Shown piece after piece: positions 27,446 to 38,600 of a DNA stretch of 64,000 nucleotides; position 1 is the first letter of the stretch, and the number at the start of each line of letters is the position of its first letter. Location: positions 35,526,001 to 35,590,000 of the forward strand of contig NW_027266270.1 in the NCBI RefSeq assembly GCF_022045235.1, written 5' to 3'. This stretch comes from Haliotis cracherodii. Taxonomy: Eukaryota. The position numbers and the translations under genes were made by a program. Under the pieces are notes generated by a model. The model was given only the letters and a program-made list of their open reading frames with translations, had not been told where the DNA came from and did no database searches.

Positions 27446-29739
27446 TGTTTCCATGGATGGTTCACCCTTTTGTTTATTGTACAGTGACTTTTTCTGCCTC
27501 TTTAGGGTATTTGGGTATACACATTTTGCACTTATGTAAGACTTATGCAAAAAATAATTGTTGATGCTTATTTTGTTGTGAGGAGCATATATATAATCAA
27601 ATTTTAAACAAAACTAAAATAAATAGTTTTGAAATATTTCCCTCTAACCTCAAATTAATATTAAAGAAAAAAAATGGCCCATCATAGTCAACAAATGTTT
27701 GCAGATCAATTAGCAAAACAATGACAGTACACATACCCATTCATATTCAATTTCCATTCAAATACACCCCATGGAATCTGTTTCAGCACATAATCAAGAC
27801 TGATTATTGTCTGGTGTTGACTTTTCATATTTACCAATAGCTCATTGAAGTATTTCATAGTCCTATCTGTAAAAAAGAGTCTCTTTTCATGTGGCATTTT
27901 GAAGCTGAAATATCAAAGAAGACAGAATTGGCCTGAAGACTTCAACTTCTTGTTTTATTGTGATAATTTGATGAAACGTTTCTGATACTGCTTGGCTGAA
28001 TACGGTACAAGTATATGTAGCCTTTAACAATAACTGTATTGTAACTTTGTAACAATATAACAAAAAGTTGAAATTGGTCTGTTTAGTTATTTGCATGCAT
28101 GTTTAAGATCTAAATAAAGCTTGTTACTTTTGTTAAAGACATAATTAAAACAAAAACCATCCCAGAAGTTGAATAAACAGACTTGCACCTCCTCTCATAT
28201 ATGAACTCAAAGAACACTTTTTCTACGTGGACTCACCAATCAAATTTAATTATGACCAATAACCCTTTCATGACAACTGAACTGACAAAACTAGTTTCCT
28301 ACCAACAACTTTGACATAATCATTCTCATAAATCCCTAACAACTTATTCTATTGGAAACAAAAACAAAGACTTCATATGGCATCCAGTTGATTGCACAGC
28401 CCGATATCAAGCAGGTAATGTAACATGCTACAAAAGTACTGATTTCCTAACAACCCCAGACTGGGGTTCAGTATATACACAACTCCAATGACTATGTACA
28501 ATGAATGAACACATTGGTACTCTAGAAATTGCAAAATGATGAACTGTTCAATTTCAACCTTGCTTCATGGCTATTTACATCTTGCAGCGAATCGATGCAC
28601 TGCATGTAAACTAATCCCCTGTACTGTTCACAAAATACAACAACAGTGACAAATAAAGGTTGCACATTTTCCATAATGTCTAACAGTGTAATATGTTCTC
28701 TGGTATGCAGTAACTCTGCATTAGAAGGAAATAAGACAAGTTAAAGAAGTGTAAATATTTTTTTTGAACTTAAAATTACTCATACTGAAATTAGAAGTCT
28801 ATATTTACATACAACTTTAACTGAAACATATGTATAATTTACATTACTGGGCCCCGTTCCACAAAGAGATCTTAGTGCTAAGTCAATCTTAACTCCATTG
28901 CTTTATAGGGCAACTGAATACATAAGTCAACGTCAGGGAGATAAAAAGTCATAATATTTCACACGCTCTGTAACTGGCTTCCAAAACAAACCTGTTTGGG
29001 GGCGTGGCCTAAAGCTGGCGGTGCAGCGATGACAACTGTTTCCCTCGGCCCTGTTCCACACAATAAATGCCTGTAAGGGATTAATTCCCTCAGTAAACAA
29101 CCCAAGGCATCTTCAATGTTGTTAATAAGGTGACATAAGTTTTAAAATCTACAGTTGCTATGTTGACATTACATGGCCTTTAACATAGACTTGTGATTAT
29201 GGTAGCACTAGGATCGCTTTGTGTAACAGGACCAAGGATATTTAGTGCTTATTTGCATCAGTGGAACAGCAGTTCCTTTAAACCTGAACTAAATATAACA
29301 TTAATTGCAGCAAGTTGGTGGACAAGGTAATTGAATTTAAAAAAATAATGTGTCTCAAAAGATTTCATTCCAAATCACAATTTTCAGATGACTTCAGTCT
29401 TGAGACGATTAAGTAATCACAGAAAATAAGTAGACATAACATAGCTTATCCTATTTCAATAGTGATAACATTTAGCTATACAACAATTGTCTAAATCAAT
29501 TGCATTTTCACATCAAAAACAAATATCATTTTCTATAATCAAAATTGATCACTGATGCCACGTGGCAGAGAAAAAATATATTTACATCATTCATGTCACT
29601 GTCAGTCAGGAAACAGCAACATCATGTCAGACAATTACCCCATCATCTGACAAGGGCACATTGTCAACAAATCTGGAAAAAGAGCATATTGAGGGTATGG
29701 ATACAAAGTCAAGGTTCCTGTTGGGACAGACAAGTGCAT

Positions 29740-29980
29740 GTCATGACTATGTATAGATGTCAATAACACGTCAATAGCATGTTTATTACATGTTTGTATT
29801 GTACATTAATACAATGTAGAAATGTGTATGTCATGACTATGTATAACACGTCAATAGCATGTATATTACATGTTTGTATTGTACATTAATACAATGTAGA
29901 AATGTGTATGTCATGACTATGTATAACACGTCAATAGCATGTTTATTACATGTTTGTATTGTACATTAATACAATGTAGA
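29740..29980. repeat. ~80-bp tandem triplication
   Basis: atgtcatgactatgtata..acacgtcaatagcatg..tacaatgtaga repeated three times. Confidence 0.9.
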
Positions 29981-30635
29981 TGGATGATCAAAGACTTGGT
30001 TATACACACCTGTGTCCTAACTGTTCATGATTCACGGTCATGTACATAACATGTCAATATCTTATTTATAACCCAATGCATTGTCCAGATATAATACATG
30101 CCAATATCACACATCATCATGTGAATACTTGTATATTACACACCGATATCATGTATACAAAATGTTGATCACATCAAATTCATGTATAGTGCATGAAAAT
30201 GCATGCATATTCCACACCAACATCATATATAACCCATGTCATTATGATATATATTCCATATCAGTAACATGGCAATAACACACCTCTATTCAAACCTGAC
30301 ATACACATGAACCTGCATCACAGTTGATTAAATAAATGTACATATACTTTCTAATCACAGATTCCATGGCCCTGCTCGGCTGATTCTGTCTTTGTCTTGT
30401 TTAGCTGAGGTATTCCATTTCTTTCTGGTCGGGACTGTTGGTGTCTGTTTCCCTCCATGCTTGTCAAACAAAGAGAGTAAGGCAGCTTATTTGGTGTAAA
30501 CTCCTGACAGTTGACTGATGGCTGCTGAAATAGACACAAATATTTGTCTTTAAGGAATATCATTGGTTATACATGACAATATTTTTATCTCGAGTGAATG
30601 AGTTTTTGGTCATCAGTTCCACCCATCTTCTAGAA

Positions 30636-30897
30636 CGTTTGTTTGTTGTTTAACGCCGCACTCAGCAATATTCCAGCTATATGATGGCGGTCTGTAAATA
30701 ATTGAGTCTGGACCAGAGAATCCAGTGATTGACATCATAAGCATCGATCCACGCAATTGGGATCGATGACATACATCAACCAAGTCAGGGAGCCTGACCA
30801 CCCGATCCAGTTAGTTGCCTCTTATGACAAGCATAGTCGCCTTTTACGGATAGCATGGGTTGCTGAAGACCTATTCTACCCTGGATCTTCACAGGCC
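30636..30897 (-). mobile_element. Retroposon family D (non-tRNA structured head, (AAAC)n tail), full length with TSD
   Basis: 9-bp TSD cttctagaa at 30627-30635 and 30898-30906. Other copies at about 11745-11850, 15043-15230, 18930-19110, 35970-36210, 38148-38340, 42540-42740, 43100-43362, 43765-43980, 63440-63700. Confidence 0.88.
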
Positions 30898-32547
30898 CTT
30901 CTAGAAAGTAATGTGACCAATATCTACATGTCCTAAAGGTAAAGACAACTTGGCTGGAATCTTATAGGGGTGATATTTCAAGAATAGCATTTTTCTTCAA
31001 ATCAAGAACACAACAATGAGATGCAAGAGTTGATTACAAGATCTAAAAAATGGTCTGGTCTAAAAATCATTTTGCAGATATTTTATTTTCAGAGAATCTT
31101 TCACTTGTTGTGCATGGTATTTTCTCAACTGTGGGAGGCGTATGATCCACCACCAGAATGTAGTACGTTAGCACGGACCCTCACGACCTCATCCCTAGCT
31201 ACTGGCTGTCAAACCTGCATCCCACTGATGTACAGCTTACTGGGGCTGGTTATCACCTTGAATATTCACATCAATAATCAGAGCTCTCAAATTTATTATA
31301 AAAACTACTGTTGTTTTACATATGACCACTGTATATGCTACTTGCTTGACAGCCGGCTTAGCCTACAACTAGTGGTGGAGTAATTGATTAAATAATCGGT
31401 CAATTGATCGATCTGGAGAATGTCAGCGATTATGGATGGTCTCGAGGGACTAATCGATGTTCATAAAAATGACCATGTGAAACATAAAAATAAACATTAA
31501 AAATCATTTTTTTAATTGTTATGTTTTTAAATCAAGACAAAAACAGCTGAAATAATTTTCTGGTTCGTAAACTGCAATGTTAACAACAGAGATACTCGCG
31601 CCACAAACAGGAAGTGGTAAAGCATAGAAGTGCAGGAATGCCCATGTCATCCAAACTGAGGGAACAACTGAATAGGTCTAAATATAGGAGGATGTTTTCC
31701 ATGTGGGTGTGCCTACACATCTAGTGGTGACGTAACATGCGTAAAAAAAGTTGCGCACTGTAAGTGCAATGACTGAACTGAATAAGATTTTTTATTTCCT
31801 TGGTTGGGCAAAGATTGAGGTCGGGAAACAACTTGGTTTTTACAGTCAAACCCCTGATGTAGACTATGTTGAATTGCAATGCAGTGATCAAATATTGCAG
31901 CAACACTATGCATTTGAAAATTCATGTTGATAAGATCCACACTAAAAACCCTCCAAAATCTTCAACACAAGCTAGGATTTCTACTTCATTTGGTGTAAAT
32001 CCTAACAACAAAACTTATCAATCAATGACCCCCAAAGCAAAGAAAATATAATGATCAATTGCCAAATTCATCGACAAAGACATGAAACCAGTATCGATTG
32101 TCGAATCAGAGTCACTCAGGCATATATCAGATGCTGCAACGGAATGTCAATATTCTGTCCCAAGCAATACAACGGAATGTCAATATTCTGTCCCAAGCTG
32201 ATACAACAAAATGTCAATATTCTGTCCCAAGCTGATACTACTTCAAAGAAAAAGGTTATTCTGTTTATGTATTGACCAAAAAACAGGTTGATGAAACATT
32301 AAGGGTCAGTTTGTTTCTTTGACAACTGACACTTGGACGTTGGATTCAACAGAGACCTACATGACAGTAACAGCTCACTGCATTACTGATGATTGGATAT
32401 TAACAAATTTTGTTCTTTCAACTCGGGAGCTTCAGGGAGTTTTTTTAATGTCAAGTTCAAACGATTAACAGATTATTCAATGAATCGCTGGGCACCAGAT
32501 CTGCCTCCAGCACCTTCTGTAACACACTCAGGTCATAGTCACCTGAT

Positions 32548-32649
32548 TCATTCATCTGTGATGACTGCTTTCTCCGACTGATGGTTGTTACAGACGTCGG
32601 CCCTCCCTGACTCCTTCGACAGACCTGTTGACACTGCAGCTTCCTTGAT
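32548..32649 (-). CDS. PLCL2: PLCL last coding exon ([33 protein letters not shown])
   Basis: cttcag| acceptor; AAVSxGL resembles the PLC-L C-terminus; TGA at 32550-32548. Confidence 0.85.
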   Translation of the reverse strand: MKEAAVSTGLSKESGRADVCNNHQSEKAVITDE

Positions 32650-35600
32650 CTGAAGAAGACACGAAAACCTAGAACCCCTGCAACCTTGGCAGTGTCATGG
32701 TGTCCCTCCATATGACAGTGGGGGATCTGTACACTGTCCACGTACCCAGAGATGAAACAAACCCTGGTTCATTGGAATGCTGTTGTCAGCAGTATTCCAG
32801 CCATATCACTGCGACCTCAACATAATCACATCTGACCAGACAAACCAGTGGTCAATATTATGAGCAGCTTCACATTGGGACACACCCAAGGTAAACTGAG
32901 TCACGACACCTCAAGTGTTTTAGATGTTCACCACTTTGGTAGAACCCATGAGTACGGGTATGGTGCTTACAAACCTAGAAACATAATCAGGGAAAACAGG
33001 ATTTGAATCCATGATCATAGGTTTCTGTCATGAATCGTGCTACGATATTCTCAGGGCAAATTGGGGATTCTAACCCCTAACATAGGATTCTGGTACGCCA
33101 AAGGGATGCAACTTTACAGAGAGTATGTTCAAGGTTCTGATAACTTGTGCCTAATCCTTTTCATGAGAATAGAATATGTTTCAACTAAATTAACTCTGCA
33201 CAGTGAATTGCAGTGCCTTAGATGTCTGAGCCACCCCCTGCCCCTCTAACACAAGATGGGAGGCAGCATGTCCTGCTGTATAAGCTGACTCAGGACCCCG
33301 GCACCCACCTGAGCCACCCCCTCCCCTTCTAACACAAGATGGGAGGCAGCATGTCCTGCTGTATATGCTGACTCAGGACCCCGGCACCTACCTGTCTGAG
33401 CCATACCCCTCTCCCTCTAACACAAGATGGGAGGCAGCATGTCCTGCTGTATAAGCTGACTCAGGACCCCGGCACCTACCTGAGCCACCCCCTCCCCCTC
33501 TAACACAAGATGGGAGGCAGCATGTCCTGCTGTATAAGCTGACTCAGGAACCCGGCACCTACCTTAGCCACCCCCTCCCCCTCTAACACAAGATGGGAGG
33601 CAGCATGTCCTGCTGTATAAGCTGACTCAGGAACCCGGCACCTACCTGAGCCACCCCCTCCCCCTCTAACACAAGATGGGAGGCAGCATGTCCTGCTGTA
33701 TAAGCTGACTCAGGAACCCGGCACCTACCTGAGCCACCCCCTCCCCCTCTAACACAAGATGGGAGGCAGCAGGTCCGGCACCTACCTGAGCCACCCCCTC
33801 CCCCTCTAACACAAGATGGGAGGCAGCATGCCCTGCTTTATAAGCTGACTCAGGACCCCCACCTACCTGAGCCACCCCCTTCACTTCTAACACAAGATGG
33901 GAGGCAGCATGTCCTGCTGTATAAGCTGACTCAGGAGCCCCACCTACCTGAGCCACCCCCTCCCCTTCTAACACAAGATGGGAGGCAGCATGTCCTGCTG
34001 TATAAGCTGACTCAGGACCCCCACCTACCTGAGCCACCCCCTCCCCTTCTAACACAAGATGGGAGGTAGTGTGTCCTGCTGTATAAGCTGACTCAGGACC
34101 CCGGCACCTACCTGAGCCACCCCCTCCCCCTCTAACACAAGATGGGAGGCAGCATGTCCTGCTGTATAAGCTGACTCAGGACCCCGGCACCTACCTGAGC
34201 CACCCCCTCCACTTCTAACACAAGATGGGAGGCAGCATGTCCTGCTGTATAAGCTGACTCAGGACCCCCACCTACCTGAGCCACCCCCTCCCCTTCTAAC
34301 ACAAGATGGGAGGTAGTGTGTCCTGCTGTATAAGCTGACTCAGGACCCCCACCTACCTGAGCCACCCCCTCCCCCTCTAACACAAGATGGGAGGCAGCAT
34401 GTCCTGCTGTATAAGCTGACTCAGGAACCCGGCACCTACCTGAGCCACCCCCTCCCCCTCTAACACAAGATGGGAGGCAGCATGTCCTGCTGTATAAGCT
34501 GACTCAGGACCCCGGCACCTACCTGAGCCACCCCCTCCACTTCTAACACAAGATGGGAGGCAGCATGTCCTGCTGTATAAGCTGACTCAGGAGCCCCACC
34601 TACCTGAGCCACCCCCTCCCCTTCTAACACAAGATGGGAGGTAGTGTGTCCTGCTGTATAAGCTGACTCAGGACCCCGGCTTCTACCTGAGCCACCCCCT
34701 CCCCCTCTAACACAAGATGGGAGGCAGCAGGTCCGGCACCTACCTGTCTGATGTACTCCTGGCAGTCCTTCTTAGCCTGCATCACTAGGTCAGCCTGACC
34801 TTTCAACACTCGGATGTTCCAAGCAAAGTTCTCTGTTGCCTGCATTGGAAAAAAGTCAGATATATAAAAGATACAGATATCTGGAACTTATCTAAACCTG
34901 CTCTGGGGGCTGACATTTGATGCCAAGTCTGCAGCAAAAGACACTAAATATTCCAAAACTGGATTTAAAAATGTCCATTTACTCAGAATACGAAAATAAA
35001 AACATTAAAAAGTAATATGAAGTTATGAACAATGTTGCACTTTGTACCCAATTTGCGTGCCACCTTTTGAATCATAGATAAATCCCTGGACATTAATAGG
35101 GAAAATGTCCTACTGCAGCTAAAGTCATATTTTCCGAAAAACTAATATTGATAATGCAATGTTCATATTTCCGTCATGAATTATGAATATTTGATGCTAA
35201 TAAAACTATTTACATGAAATTTAAGTTCATTACTTTAGATAAAGGCATCCGTCACAGAAGGTATAGAGGTATGTTATGATTTGCAATCCTTCCTCTGTGA
35301 TTTTGAGAGCTCTGCAAGTTATATGAAGGTGAGTCAGGAAGAAAACTGGAAGGTATGCAGATCCAACCCTTAGTGAAACCCACGCAAACAGATATGTGCT
35401 GACAAACCAAGATTCATAATCAGGGTGAACCTGGGATTCAAACCCATGATCATCAGATTCTGGCATGCCCAAGGGATGCAACTCTGTTCAGCAAATTGCA
35501 ACAAGAAAGAGAGGCAACCCTTGCCGTGACAGACAGAAAACTAGCACACAGATGGACTAACCTTGGTTAGCTTCTTGCTCTTGAGGCCTGCTTGTACACA

Positions 35601-38600
35601 CACATTCTCCAGGTCCTCATGCCACTCCATCCCCGCTCTCTGACAGTGCAGCAACTACAACAACAACGCCAACTTCATCTCAGAGGCAGGCACTTCATGC
35701 TCCCTAGGGCATGTTCTAGGACAGTCTGAAGTAGGTGGCAGAGTGAGTGAGTGAATCGGGTTTTACTGACGCTTTGAACAGTATTCTAGTGATACCACGA
35801 CATGTCAGCCCTGAAAAGTACAGAGTTTCCGAAGACAAACCAGGTGTTGATACCATGAGCAACGACCAACACTGCTGGGGTATGTGACACACAATCAGTC
35901 CGAACCACCCAATCCACATTAGTCAGCTCATACTACAGGTACTCAGCACCACTTTCATCTCTCTTTTAGGTTTGTTTGTTTGGCTTGTTGTGTAACGCCA
36001 CACTCAGCAATATTCCAGCTACATGACGGTGGCCTGTAAAAAATCCAAGACTGACCAGACAATCCAGGGAACGATATAATGAGCAGCAATCCACACTGCT
36101 ATGTTGACACTATCAACCAAGTCACCAAGCCTGATGACCCAATCATCCAGTCACCTCTTACAATCAGCACAGGTTGCTGGGGACATTGTACGCCCGGGCC
36201 CCATGGGGTTTATCTTTTTAGAATCTTTCAAGGTCCTAACTAGAAACAGACATGTGCTTAACTGCTGGTCAATCAGCAATTCAATGTATTTTGCCAGCAT
36301 TTTCACAAACCTTTGAACAGCCTCTCTTTCACAGGACCCTAACCATCATTAAGACAAGGTCAGCTAAATCCCAAGTCAAGTTAAAGTATCCACTAAGTAA
36401 GTCTCTATCTCAGGGTGATACCAACATCTCTCAGGCAGGTCAGTAAATAATTTATGTTCAGTAGCTCACCTTCTCATAAACACTATCTGCACATTCTATA
36501 AGGTTTCTGCACTCTGTGATCAACTGAAACACAAAGAATATCTATTAATTGGTTATTCAGTTATGATTTCAACAACAATTTCTTTGATTTTTTAAAACAA
36601 AACCTCTGAACTTTTAGCACAATCTCAGTTTAACCAGGTGAGGTGTATACATATATGCATTTGCCAGGTGAGCTATTGGTTCATCTCCAGCTGTTACTAC
36701 TCACATCATCAAAGGACATCAGAGCTTTCTTCAGTATATCTGGCAGGTTCCCTTGTGCTTCAAGAGATGGGTACTGCAAAGAAGGTAAAACAATATGTTT
36801 TATCTAATACTAAAACTCTCAAGCCGAAAAATTTATATTAGTTTCTCCAAATCATGATGTCATACAAAATATGATTTAATAGAACAAATTGGTAAGACTC
36901 AAATATTTATAAAGAAAAAGAAGGAGTCAAATACAATGATGTTCATTTGATCCTGTTGTTACCCAGAGACTCGGTACTCCTTCACCAACACACTGACAAG
37001 GTGTTGCCTCTCATGACGTATGTCAGACTCACCACGCCTCTCATGACGTATGTCAGACTCACCTCGCCTCTCATGACGTATGTCAGACTCACCTCGCCTC
37101 TCCTGACGTATGTCAGACTCACCTCGCCTCTCATGACGTATGTCAGACTCACCTCGCCTCTCATGACGTATGTCAGACTCACCTCGCCTCTCATGACGTA
37201 TGTCAGACTCACCTCGCCTCTCATGACGTATGTCAGACTCACCTCGCCTCTCATGACGTATGTGAGACTCTGTTCTCCTGAGTTGGTGATTCTGGTGGAC
37301 AGGAGTCGGATGCACTGCTTGATGTTGGCGATGGGGGGCAGACCACACGTCTCCTTGAAGCCGCTCAGGGCCAGTTGCACGTTGTCTCGCAGGTCGGTGC
37401 CGTCCCGCAAAGGCTGGATCGCAACCTGGAGAGATGAACAATGTTTGTTTGGCAGACAGTCAATGTGTTGCAGTCATTAGGACAAAGCGGTTCACTGATG
37501 CTCCACTTTGTGTGTTACTTGACTGAGTATTGCAAAATGTAATATCGGGAAATATTTATTTGGCAATTACAAAATCGTGACGGTACTGAGATCAACGAAA
37601 AATATCATACACATACTGTGTCACAGTATGTGTATGATATGTCACAGTAAAAAGTTAAGATATTTTACAGACACTTCCTACAGTTTGTTACAGTACATTC
37701 AGATAGATTTTACTGGCACTTGGCATAGTAATACACTTATAATCTCTTAGGAGTTCAAGAGAACAATTACTAGGATGGTGAACTTCATCTGATAATAAAT
37801 CATTGCCTTGAGTGCATTTATAAATAAATACTTACTGATTTAAAAACTCTTAAAATATACTGCCTTCATTCAGTGTTCTTAGTTAATCTGTTTCTGTTTT
37901 TCATGTTGTGTCTATGTAATCTCAGATCTGTCACCAAGTCCCACCCAGTTGTTGACTACTATTGATATAGGGTACAAGCATCTGTACCAAAAAGTTGCAT
38001 TGATAGAAGTCGGAAGTTGCAAGTCATAAGTCAACAGCTTCTAAATGCCACGAGAAGACAACAAACTTTTCTCAAGTTCGAAATATGGATTGTGATACCT
38101 ATGATTTTTTTTATTGTTCCCTACAGACGGACTTGGTGGATATTAAGTTTGTTTGTTGTCCACGCTGCACTCAGCAATATTCCAACTATAAGATGGCAGT
38201 CTGCAAATAATCGAGCCTGGACCATACAATCTAGTGACATCAAGAGCATCAATCTACACAATTAGGATAAAATGATATGCATCAACCAAGTCAGCGAACC
38301 TGACCACCCGATTCCATTGCTGGCCTCTTACGACAAGCATGGGTTGCTGCCGACAAGCATGGGTTGCTGACATCAAGCATGGGTTGGTGACGACAAGCAT
38401 GGGTTGCTGACGTCAAGCATGGGTTGCTGACGTCAAGCATGGGTTGCTGCCGACAAGCATGGGTTGCTGACATCAAGCATGGGTTGCTGACAACAAGCAT
38501 GGGTTGCTGCCAACAAGCATGGGTTGCTGACGTCAAGCATGGGTTGCTGACAACAAGCATGGGTTGCTGACGTCAAGCATGGGTTGCTGACGACAAGCAT

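Noticed and set aside
33666-34383. Repetitive ORFs (also 248-574, 22397-22759, 38291-38942, 50219-50726, 57313-57745)
   Set aside because: By-products of stop-poor minisatellites.
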